From: Opitutales bacterium
GTDB lineage: Bacteria > Verrucomicrobiota > Verrucomicrobiia > Opitutales > Coraliomargaritaceae
Direction: 5' to 3'
Assembly: GCA_049598495.1 (NCBI GenBank)
Contig: JBMYNR010000005.1
Coordinates: 1-64,000 of the forward strand
Length of the DNA: 64,000 nt
Below, piece by piece: positions 56,110-64,000 of this stretch. Every line of letters starts with the position of its first letter. The first letter of the stretch is position 1. The notes beneath the pieces are model-generated. The model had not been told where the DNA came from, did no database searches, and saw only the letters and a list, made by a program, of their open reading frames with translations. The position numbers and the translations under genes are program-made.

Positions 56110-57111
56110 ATGCCAAAGCGCTTAGGAAAATTCGAACTTCCAAATCGTCTGTCCAAGATCGACGACTCCGCAACAGACACCTTCGCCACCTTCACTGCTG
56201 AACCGTTCGAGACCGGTTACGGTCATACAATCGGAAACTCCCTCCGTCGTGTGCTTCTTAGCTCGATTGAGGGCGCTGCGATCACCTCGATCAAGATCGA
56301 TGGTGTGCAGCATGAATTCCAGAGTATTGACGGTATTGTAGAAGACGTGACTGACATCGTCCTCAACCTTAAGAAGATACTTCTCGTTTCCGAGTCCCGC
56401 GAGTCGGCTACGCTCTTAATCGATGTCAATCGGGATGGTGTTGTCACAGCGGCTGACATCCAGGAAGATGCTAACTATAAAGTGATTAACCCGAAGCAAG
56501 TCATCTGCACACTCGACAAGAAGCAGCGTTTTCTCGCTGAGCTTGAGGTGAAGGTGGGTCGCGGTTACTGCACCGGTGAAGACAACAAGAAGACCGATCA
56601 GCCAATTGGTGTGATTCCTATCGATTCACTTTTCAGTCCGGTTCGTCTCGTCAAGTACTCCGTCGAGAACACGCGTGTCGGTCAGTCCATGGACTACGAC
56701 AAGCTAATCCTTGAAGTCACGACCGACGGTCGCATTACACCAGACGACGCACTTAAGCAAAGTGCTGCCATCCTTAAACACCATCTCGATGTATTCGATG
56801 AAGTTTCCCAGGAAGACATCGAGTTCGAAAGCGAAAGCAAGGAGATCAGCGAGGAGCAAAACCGCCTACGCAAGCTTCTTAACATGAGCGTTAATGAGAT
56901 CGAACTATCGGTCCGCGCCGCGAACTGCCTGAATAACGCAAACATTACCACTGTCGGTGAACTTGCGATGAAGTCCGAGCAGGAAATGCTTAAATACCGT
57001 AACTTTGGTAAAAAGTCGCTCAACGAGATCAAGGACAAGCTCGAACAACTCGGTCTATCCCTGGGTATGAAAATCGATGAACGCCTCCTCGAAAAGGGCA
57101 GCGATCTTTAA
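56110..57111 (+). CDS. rpoA: RNA polymerase subunit alpha
   Basis: EPFETGYGHTIGNSLRRVLLSS, HEF, GRGY, ELSVRAANCL, NFGKKSL. Confidence 0.99.
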   Translation: MPKRLGKFELPNRLSKIDDSATDTFATFTAEPFETGYGHTIGNSLRRVLLSSIEGAAITSIKIDGVQHEFQSIDGIVEDVTDIVLNLKKILLVSESRESATLLIDVNRDGVVTAADIQEDANYKVINPKQVICTLDKKQRFLAELEVKVGRGYCTGEDNKKTDQPIGVIPIDSLFSPVRLVKYSVENTRVGQSMDYDKLILEVTTDGRITPDDALKQSAAILKHHLDVFDEVSQEDIEFESESKEISEEQNRLRKLLNMSVNEIELSVRAANCLNNANITTVGELAMKSEQEMLKYRNFGKKSLNEIKDKLEQLGLSLGMKIDERLLEKGSDL

Positions 57112-57143
57112 TCCCTCCCCTTTAGCAGAAAGACATTTAGACA

Positions 57144-57731
57144 ATGCGTCACAACAAGAGAAAACACAAACTCGGCGTTTCCGGTCCGCATCGTTCGGCA
57201 ATGATGGGCAACCTCACGGTCGCACTCATTCAGCACGGTCGTATTGAGACGACACTGGCCAAGGCCAAGGCACTGCGCCCATTTATCGAAAAGGTCATCA
57301 CGCTTGCGAAGAAGGCAGAGAAAGCGAACGACGCAGCTCGTAAGCTCCATTTTCGTCGCCTAGCGATTGCTCGTGTCCGCGATAAGGCCGCCGTAAGCAA
57401 ACTCTTCGATGAGCTTGTTTCAGAGTTTATTGACCGCAGTGGTGGTTACACTCGTATTTACAAGCTCGGCCAGCGTGTTGGTGATGCTGCCGAAATGGCG
57501 CTCATCGAATTGATCGATGGCAATGACGAGGGTTACGCCAAAAAGCCTAAGAAGAAGGCCGCTAAGAAGAAGGCCGCTAAAAAAGTAGCCGCAAAGGAGG
57601 AAGCCGAAGAGGAAGCCGAAAAGGAAGCCCCGTCTGAAGAAGAGGCTAAGGAAGAAGCTCCTGCCGAAAGTGCCAAGGAAGAAGAGGCAACCGACGAAGC
57701 TCCCGCTGAGGAAGAAAAGAAGGACGCCTAA
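57144..57731 (+). CDS. rplQ: 50S ribosomal protein L17 with Lys-rich then acidic C-terminal tail
   Basis: MRH....KLG, I.TT.AKAK, GGYTRI, R.GDAAEMA; tail KKKAAKKKAA...EEEAEKE. Confidence 0.98.
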   Translation: MRHNKRKHKLGVSGPHRSAMMGNLTVALIQHGRIETTLAKAKALRPFIEKVITLAKKAEKANDAARKLHFRRLAIARVRDKAAVSKLFDELVSEFIDRSGGYTRIYKLGQRVGDAAEMALIELIDGNDEGYAKKPKKKAAKKKAAKKVAAKEEAEEEAEKEAPSEEEAKEEAPAESAKEEEATDEAPAEEEKKDA

Positions 57732-57754
57732 GTGTTTCCTAGATCCCTTTCACT

Positions 57755-57783
57755 AAAGCCCGTTGATTGCGACGGGTTTTTTT
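57755..57783 (+). terminator. Intrinsic terminator ending the alpha operon
   Basis: AAAGCCCGTTG-ATTG-CGACGGGTTTTTTT. Confidence 0.85.
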
Positions 57784-57877
57784 TGGTTCCTCGTCAAAGT
57801 AAGGAAAAATAAGAGGCATTGAAACGGCTCTCACCAGAAGTTCTAAGTAGATGCAATGTGCTCTAGGCCACGAACGT

Positions 57878-58717
57878 TTACGCTTCCCACCGTGCCCAGG
57901 TGCCACTGGGTACTGCGAAGGTGCTGCCCGTGCCAGTGAGGAGCATCTCGCCGCAATCAACGCGGCCATGGCTAAGAAGCTGCTGCATTAAATTCTTCAG
58001 CACAATGGGGGTAAACCCTGGGGTATGACTGGTTAGATAGACGAAGCAGGGGTGTTCACTGAGAACGCCTTTCACAAGATGGAGGGTCTCTAGCAGCGCT
58101 TGTTCAATTTTATAGAGTTCGCCGCCTTTGCCTCGCCCGAACGAAGGGGGGTCCAGAAGAATGGCATCATAACGTCGCCCACGGCGAATCTCACGAGTGA
58201 GAAATTTGTTCACATCGTCGACGATCCAGCGGATTGGATGGTCTGCTAAATTATTGAGCGCCGCGTTTTCTCGTGCCCACTGCACCATACCTTTGGATGC
58301 ATCGACATGACAGCAGTGGGCCCCGCCTTGTGCGGCCGCTAGTGTTGCGCCGCCCGAATAAGCAAAGAGGTTGAGGAAACTTAGAGGCTCTTTTTTCTGT
58401 TTGGAATTCTTAGCGATGGTTTCGCGGATCCATTCCCACATAGAGCGGGTTTCCGGAAAAACGCCCAGATGCCCGAAGTCAGTGGTGGAGAGTTTCATCT
58501 TCACGCTGTTCACTTCGGTAACCCACGATTCGGGCAGGCGCTCCCGTCCACGCCACTCAAGACCTTGCTTACGGGTGAAAAAGGCGTCCGCTTCCTTCCA
58601 GAGTTTCGGGCGGCTAGGGTTCCAGACCGCTTGCGCGCAGGGCCGATCCAGTGTGACCTTACCAAAGCGCTCTAGTTTGCGCCCATGTCCGCTGTCGATG
58701 AGTTCGTATTGGTTCAT
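57878..58717 (-). CDS. Class I SAM-dependent methyltransferase (RlmI/RlmK-like)
   Basis: [44 protein letters not shown]. Start taken as ATG 58717. Confidence 0.88.
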   Translation of the reverse strand: MNQYELIDSGHGRKLERFGKVTLDRPCAQAVWNPSRPKLWKEADAFFTRKQGLEWRGRERLPESWVTEVNSVKMKLSTTDFGHLGVFPETRSMWEWIRETIAKNSKQKKEPLSFLNLFAYSGGATLAAAQGGAHCCHVDASKGMVQWARENAALNNLADHPIRWIVDDVNKFLTREIRRGRRYDAILLDPPSFGRGKGGELYKIEQALLETLHLVKGVLSEHPCFVYLTSHTPGFTPIVLKNLMQQLLSHGRVDCGEMLLTGTGSTFAVPSGTWARWEA

Positions 58718-58784
58718 TCTCGAGGTATGAAAGTGGGAATGTGTGAATGTGGGAAGGTTACTTTTTAGTTTCTCACCTTTGCAT

Positions 58785-59378
58785 TCACTCAGTGGCTTTG
58801 CCGCCATCCATCGCCTCGACGAAGCACTTTCTGCACATAGCCACATAGCGTTCGTTCCCGCCTATATCGACCTGATCGCCTTCCTTGATCGGGTTACCGT
58901 TTTCGTCCGTACGCAGGTTCATGGTCGCCTTGCGGCTGCATTGGCAGATGGTCTTCAGTTCGATGAGATTATCTGCCCAACCGAGTAGGGCGGCACTTCC
59001 CGGAAATAGGTTGCCCAGGAAGTCGGTGCGTAGTCCATAGCAGAGAACAGGGATGCCGATTTCGTCGGCGACCCGGCTAAGCTGACGGACCTGAATCTCC
59101 GTGAGAAACTGAGCCTCATCAATCAGCACACAGGCGATCGGGTCCCTTGTATGAACTTGGTAACTAGTAGAAAAGAGGTCATCCGTCGCACTGAATGGAT
59201 GTGCGTTCTTTGCCAACCCAATTCTTGAAGCGATCTTGCCGACGCCGCCCCTCTGATCGATGGTGGGTGTGAGCAGAAGCGTTTTCATCCCGCGCTCCTG
59301 ATAGTTGTGGCTCGATTGGAGGAGCACGGTGCTCTTGCCCGCATTCATTGCGGAATAGTAGAAGTAGAGTTTAGCCAT
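58785..59378 (-). CDS. tdk: Thymidine kinase
   Basis: [43 protein letters not shown]. Confidence 0.97.
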   Translation of the reverse strand: MAKLYFYYSAMNAGKSTVLLQSSHNYQERGMKTLLLTPTIDQRGGVGKIASRIGLAKNAHPFSATDDLFSTSYQVHTRDPIACVLIDEAQFLTEIQVRQLSRVADEIGIPVLCYGLRTDFLGNLFPGSAALLGWADNLIELKTICQCSRKATMNLRTDENGNPIKEGDQVDIGGNERYVAMCRKCFVEAMDGGKATE

Positions 59379-59396
59379 TAGGAAATTTGTGAGGCA

Positions 59397-59474
59397 GGTA
59401 GCGGCGCGTGTTCCTAGGCGCCATTCGATAGAGCTAGTTACATTTCTATGATGAACGGGACGATCGCCACTACC
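59397..59474. repeat. Degenerate REP doublet related to 418-504
   Basis: 59397-59423 reads GGTAGCGGCG-CGTG-TTCC-TAGG-CGCCA (same 27-bp frame as the REP at 418-444). 59457-59474 on the minus strand reads GGTAGTGGCGATCGTCCC. Confidence 0.6.
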
Positions 59475-59502
59475 TTTTTTATGTCTATTCGAACCGTTTG
59501 GT

Positions 59503-60438
59503 TTAGGCAGTCAGTAATTTCGCGGCCATGCCGTAGCGAAGATTATAGAATGAATGGGTTAAGTGGTCGCGCTCGGCGTAGTCCAGTAGCGTATCGATAG
59601 TGATGAGTGCGGTCGGCAGGATATCGGCTCGAGCCGCAGGTAAGTGCGGGGTGGCCAGTCTTTCGTGGAGGGGGAGGCTGGCGAGTTGCTTTTTCAAGCA
59701 GTCAAGGGTTTTACGTTCCAATCTCGCTGAAGAGTGCCCCATATCGGAATAAGCCTTCGCGGCGAGAACCGCCCGACTCACGGTGTAAGCTCCCCCGGTC
59801 GCGACCAATGGGAGTGAGTGTGGGAAAAAGTCGAATTCGCACTCGCTCAGAGCTTGGCGCACATGTTCCCGTATTGCGGCTTCGGTTTCGGCGCAGAGCG
59901 GTCCTTCACGTTCTTTAATGAATCTCTCGCTTATGCGGACAGCTCCGAGTTGGAGAGAAAGTGCTTTGGTGATCTCGCCATCTTCGAAGCGGATGAGTTC
60001 TAGGCTGCCGCCACCGATATCGGTTTGGATAAAGCGTTTCATGCCAGCAATGGCCGGGTCGCAACTAAGGCCTCTTCCAATAAGGATCGCCTCCTCTTCG
60101 CCGCTGAGAACCCTAATTTGCAGTCCCGTCGTATCGAGGACCGACTGAGTGAAGTCCCTGCCGTTCAAGGCATCACGCACCGCACTAGTGGCGACGACGG
60201 CGATCTGCCCCGGCTGAAAGTTTCCGGCCATTCGTTGAAGTTCAGCGATGGTTTCGGTTCCGGCGAGAATGGCCTCGTCACTCAGGCTTGGTAGTTCATG
60301 GCTGATCCCTGCGCTAATCCGAGTTTCGATTGTCTCCGTAAATAGCGTTTCGAGACTACCTTTGACCTCTCCCGCTCGCGCGACCAGCAACTTGATCGAG
60401 TTGCTGCCGACATCAATAACTGCGATCGGTGGCGTCAT
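59503..60438 (-). CDS. ppx: Ppx/GppA family exopolyphosphatase (short, no HD domain)
   Basis: [42 protein letters not shown]. Confidence 0.88.
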   Translation of the reverse strand: MTPPIAVIDVGSNSIKLLVARAGEVKGSLETLFTETIETRISAGISHELPSLSDEAILAGTETIAELQRMAGNFQPGQIAVVATSAVRDALNGRDFTQSVLDTTGLQIRVLSGEEEAILIGRGLSCDPAIAGMKRFIQTDIGGGSLELIRFEDGEITKALSLQLGAVRISERFIKEREGPLCAETEAAIREHVRQALSECEFDFFPHSLPLVATGGAYTVSRAVLAAKAYSDMGHSSARLERKTLDCLKKQLASLPLHERLATPHLPAARADILPTALITIDTLLDYAERDHLTHSFYNLRYGMAAKLLTA

Positions 60439-60545
60439 TCATCCATGGCACAGTGAGCATCTCGGTGCGTCAAGATTTGGATGCCTGCGACCAAGATTGC
60501 GCTAGCCGTTGGCAGCGAATACTCTACATCTAATATTCTCAATTT

Positions 60546-62165
60546 ATGCCATTCAATGTCGCACAATTCCTCGCCGAACAGGCGGAGATACAACCTTCCG
60601 CACCGGCCGTTCGTGCGCCTGTTGGGAAAACTTCCGATGGTTCGATTCGCTATGCTGAGCGAACCTTCTTCGAGTTGGAAGCTGAGGCGTCAGCTGCCGC
60701 CCATTATTTGTCTGTGAAAGGTATTGGCCGAGGGACCAGGGTGCTACTGATGGTGAAACCTGGTCTCGATCTGATCCGTATTGTTTTTGCGCTCTTTAAG
60801 ATCGGCGCGGTACCCATTGTGATAGATCCCGGTATGGGCTTGAACAAATTCCTGCGCTGTGTGCGGCACTCGAAGCCAGAGGCCCTGGTGGGGATTCCTG
60901 CGGCCATTTGGATCGGGCGACTTTTCCGGCCGAGCTTCCGTGGGGTGGATATCCGTCTCGGGATTGGTCGGCATTTTGAAAGTAAGATCAAGGCCTTCGT
61001 GGAGAAGGGTGCGTTCCCCGTCGTGGATTCAAACGAAGATGAGCTGGCAGCGATTCTCTTTACCTCCGGATCGACAGGGCCTGCGAAAGGAGTCTGTTAC
61101 AACCATGGCATGTTCCTTGCGCAGGTGGATGCGATACGTCGACAATATGGCATTCAACCAGGGGAAGTGGATCTCCCTATGCTGCCTGTATTTGCACTGT
61201 TTAATCCGGCGCTTGGTATGTGCACCATCGTTCCGGAAATGAATCCAAGCCGTCCCGCGACGGTCGATCCCGAAAAAATCGTGCGGTCGATTCAGCAGAA
61301 TGCGGTTAGTAATAGCTTTGGCTCCCCCGCGCTGTGGACCAAGATCCTGCGCCATTGCGAGGCGCACTCGATCCAATTGCCGACAATACGTCGTATTTTG
61401 ATGGCGGGAGCGCCGGTGCCTCCGGTGTTGATGGAGCGGATGCGTGCGATCATCCCGAATGGAGAAATTCATACGCCTTATGGGGCGACCGAGGCACTGC
61501 CCGTTAGTTCGATTTCCGCAACAGAGGTGCTGGAGGATACGGCGATTCGCACACAAAAAGGCGAGGGCACCTGCGTCGGCGAGCCCCTCCCCGGTATATC
61601 GGTTCGCATAATACAGCCGGTCGATGGAGCCATCAAACAGATCGACCATGCGGTCGATTTAACCACGGGTGAGATTGGTGAGATCATTGTACAAGGCTCC
61701 TCCGTGACACAGGGCTACGATCAACTGCCCGAAGCTGATGCATATTCCAAGATAGCGGATGCTTCCTTTCACTGGCACAGGATGGGAGACATGGGCTGGC
61801 TGGATAGGGCGGGGCGCCTCTGGTTTTGCGGCCGTAAGGTAGAGCGTGTCCTGTCTCGTAAGGGCCCGATGTATACCGATTGTTGCGAAGCAATTTTCAA
61901 TCAGCATCCAAAGGTCTACCGATCGGCTTTGATTGATTTGGGCGGGGGGCTCCCTGGAATAGTGATTGAGCCTGAAGCCGGAAACTTCCCGCAGACCGTG
62001 GGCAGGAAGAATGAGTTTATCGAATCGTTGCGAGAATTGGCACAGGGGAATCCGCTGACAGCCTCGATCGTTCATTTTTTCTTCGAGGCATCTTTTCCTG
62101 TCGATGTGCGCCACAACGCAAAGATTCATCGCTTGTCCCTTGCGCGTAAATATGCCTTTAAGTAG
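60546..62165 (+). CDS. oleC: AMP-dependent ligase, OleC-like (olefin beta-lactone synthetase)
   Basis: IDPGMG, ILFTSGSTGPAKGV, F.LF.PALG...P.M...PA, SFGSPA, AGAPV, TPYGATEALP, WHRMGD, WFCGRK, FPVDVRHNAKI; adjacent to oleD. Confidence 0.82.
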   Translation: MPFNVAQFLAEQAEIQPSAPAVRAPVGKTSDGSIRYAERTFFELEAEASAAAHYLSVKGIGRGTRVLLMVKPGLDLIRIVFALFKIGAVPIVIDPGMGLNKFLRCVRHSKPEALVGIPAAIWIGRLFRPSFRGVDIRLGIGRHFESKIKAFVEKGAFPVVDSNEDELAAILFTSGSTGPAKGVCYNHGMFLAQVDAIRRQYGIQPGEVDLPMLPVFALFNPALGMCTIVPEMNPSRPATVDPEKIVRSIQQNAVSNSFGSPALWTKILRHCEAHSIQLPTIRRILMAGAPVPPVLMERMRAIIPNGEIHTPYGATEALPVSSISATEVLEDTAIRTQKGEGTCVGEPLPGISVRIIQPVDGAIKQIDHAVDLTTGEIGEIIVQGSSVTQGYDQLPEADAYSKIADASFHWHRMGDMGWLDRAGRLWFCGRKVERVLSRKGPMYTDCCEAIFNQHPKVYRSALIDLGGGLPGIVIEPEAGNFPQTVGRKNEFIESLRELAQGNPLTASIVHFFFEASFPVDVRHNAKIHRLSLARKYAFK

Positions 62166-62174
62166 GCTTTCTGG

Positions 62175-63173
62175 ATGAAGATTTTAGTCACAGGAGGCGG
62201 CGGCTTTGTGGGGTCCTACGTGGTCGATCTCCTGCTTGCTCGTGGCTACAGTGTGCGCTCATTCGGACGGTCGCCGCAACCGGCCCTGAAGGCCAAAGGT
62301 GTGGAGGTTATTTGCGGGGATTTGGTGAGCGCGGAGGATGTTCGGCTAGCCTGCTCTGGAGTGGATGCGGTTTTTCATGTCGCTGCGAAGGCAGGCGTTT
62401 GGGGTGATTGGAATCGTTTCTACCAGCCGAATGTGGTCGGCACACGCAACGTGGTCGAGGCCTGCCAATCCGAAGGGATTGGTCGGCTTGTGTATACCAG
62501 TACACCGAGTGTGGTCTTTAATGGGGAGTCGATCCGGGGTGGTGGTTCCGAGATGCCCTATGGCCGGAAGTGGCTATGCCACTATGCCCATACGAAAGCG
62601 ATCGCGGAACAAGAGGCGCTCTCGGCGAATTCAGAATGGCTCAAGGTGGTTGCGCTACGCCCCCATTTGATTTTCGGTCCCGGCGATCCTCATTTACTAC
62701 CAAGGGTGATCGAAAGTGTGAAAGCGGGGCGCCTGAAGATTGTCGGTTCGGGAGAGAACCGGGTGGATGTCTCCTACGTCGAGGACGTGGCTCAGGCCCA
62801 TTTGAACGCCTTCGACGCTTTAAGTGAGGATGCTGCGAGCTGTTCCGGGAAGGCTTATTTCATCTCGCAGGGGGAACCGGTCTGTCTCTGGTCGTGGTTG
62901 AACCAAGTCTTGGAGGGTCTTGGGCAACCACCACTCTTGAAGCGCATCCCACTTGGTGTCGCTTACTCAGTAGGTGCCATTGCGGAAGTAATATGGAAAC
63001 TGCTCGCTAAAGCAGGGGAGCCTCCGATCACACGCTTCGTCGCAGTTGAGCTCGCAAAGGATCACTATTTTCGTATCGATGAAGCGACCAGAGATATCGG
63101 CTATCGGCCCTCGGTTGAGATGGATGACGCTCTGAAGAATACGATCCGTGATCTCTCGGAGAGAGGCTATTAG
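62175..63173 (+). CDS. oleD: 3-beta-HSD-like extended SDR, OleD-like (2-alkyl-3-oxoalkanoate reductase)
   Basis: VTGGGGFVG, FHVAAKAGVWG, VYTSTPSVVF, Y..TKA, LRPHLIFGPGD.HL.PR, GKAYFISQGEP. Confidence 0.82.
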   Translation: MKILVTGGGGFVGSYVVDLLLARGYSVRSFGRSPQPALKAKGVEVICGDLVSAEDVRLACSGVDAVFHVAAKAGVWGDWNRFYQPNVVGTRNVVEACQSEGIGRLVYTSTPSVVFNGESIRGGGSEMPYGRKWLCHYAHTKAIAEQEALSANSEWLKVVALRPHLIFGPGDPHLLPRVIESVKAGRLKIVGSGENRVDVSYVEDVAQAHLNAFDALSEDAASCSGKAYFISQGEPVCLWSWLNQVLEGLGQPPLLKRIPLGVAYSVGAIAEVIWKLLAKAGEPPITRFVAVELAKDHYFRIDEATRDIGYRPSVEMDDALKNTIRDLSERGY

Positions 63174-63292
63174 GGTTCTGCCTTCAGTCCATTCCTTCTA
63201 CCGCGAGCGGTAGCTAGAGCAATAGGCTCTAACGACTTCGTGTGGCACACGGAGAATTTCTCAAAGTGGGTATAAACTGGAGGCATCCTTAG
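63170..63292 (+). other. Multi-hairpin intergenic element (candidate MITE-like insertion or structured RNA)
   Basis: Closing stem TGCCTTCAGT/ACTGGAGGCA enclosing three hairpins; flanked by TTAG on both sides. Confidence 0.4.
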
Positions 63293-63346
63293 AAATTAAA
63301 GGAGATGATTTGCGTCCATCCTCCCAAGGGTTCATCCCGATATGTG

Positions 63347-64000
63347 ATGGAAGTTATATTTTTAGGAACAGGCACCTCACAGGGGGTGCCGATGATTGCG
63401 CAACCGGAAGGCGAGGGCTGTGATCTACAGAACCCGAAGAATTGGAGAACGCGTGCATCTATCCATGTAGAGATGGGCGGGCATCATATACAGGTCGATG
63501 CGGCGCCTGAATTTCGAATGCAGTGCATCCAGAACGGGGTTGAACAGATCGACACCTTTATCCTGACTCACGGACACGCGGATCACATTCTTGGAATGGA
63601 TGACTTGCGCCGTTTTTGCGATTTAAATGGGGCAACTGCTTTGCCGGTATATAGCAACTCCGAGGGGCTCGAGAGGATACGAAGTATTTTTCCTTATGCG
63701 ATTCTCGATAAACCCCTGGTTAAGGGCTACCCAGCGTTCCAGTTGCATGAAATGCCAAAGGCGCTCGAGCTGCCCGGTGGCACAGTGGAGTCGGTTGCCT
63801 TACCCCATGGTACGCTCCAAGTTTTGGGACTTGTGTTTACCGAGGCGGAAACGGGAAAACAGCTTACCTACTATACGGACTGTAAAGATGTCGGGGAGGA
63901 GGCACGCCTGATTGCTGAAGATTCCGATGTCGTCGTTTTGGATGGTCTCCGTCCGAACCCACATCCATCGCACATGACGATTGAGGAGGCTGCCAAGACA
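63347..64000 (+). CDS. Metallo-beta-lactamase-fold hydrolase (PhnP-like), 3'-truncated by window edge
   Basis: Not in the ORF track; translated by hand: MEVIFLGTGTSQGVP...RTRASI...VDAAPEFR...LTHGHADHILGMDDLR (HxHxDH)...YYTD...HPSH. Confidence 0.9.
   Translation, partial: MEVIFLGTGTSQGVPMIAQPEGEGCDLQNPKNWRTRASIHVEMGGHHIQVDAAPEFRMQCIQNGVEQIDTFILTHGHADHILGMDDLRRFCDLNGATALPVYSNSEGLERIRSIFPYAILDKPLVKGYPAFQLHEMPKALELPGGTVESVALPHGTLQVLGLVFTEAETGKQLTYYTDCKDVGEEARLIAEDSDVVVLDGLRPNPHPSHMTIEEAAKT

Noticed and set aside
57549..57581. 15-bp tandem repeat AAGAAGAAGGCCGCT
   Set aside because: An in-frame coding repeat (KKKAA x2) in the low-complexity L17 tail, not a separate element.

Overview
This is a gene-dense bacterial chromosomal segment of mostly housekeeping genes. 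I infer a Verrucomicrobiota/Opitutales-like (PVC) organism from the gene order (rpsL-rpsG-fusA-rpsJ with no tuf, no rpmD) and the protein families present; the assignment is not verified. The left half (1-34.7 kb) starts with a 5'-truncated REP-associated tyrosine transposase (RAYT) and its GTAG-type REP doublet. It continues with uvrD/pcrA, menF, a phytoene-desaturase-like FAD oxidoreductase, topB, lpxK, an unusually long adenylate kinase, miaA, gmd-fcl, rnd, rsmI, queF, rsmA, trpC, sod, tadA, infA, cysK, proC, folD and nupC. The middle and right (34.8-57.7 kb) hold the str/S10/spc/alpha ribosomal protein cluster. This cluster is split after rpsJ by deoC, a split ALDH16-like pair and a tail-less ssb, and it carries a predicted exported protein gene between rpsS and rplV. 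The right end has a methyltransferase, tdk, ppx, oleC-oleD (without adjacent oleA/oleB) and a 3'-truncated MBL hydrolase. I found no rRNA, tRNA, CRISPR array or prophage. I cannot demonstrate a new multi-gene system here. The best leads are the RAYT/REP doublet that supplies both flanking stop codons (plus a decayed copy 59 kb away), two multi-hairpin intergenic elements (25.66-25.82 kb and 63.17-63.29 kb), the exported ORF inside the S10 operon, and recurrent 7-8-mer tandem repeats at gene junctions. All calls come from motif recognition by eye; no database searches or folding programs were run.
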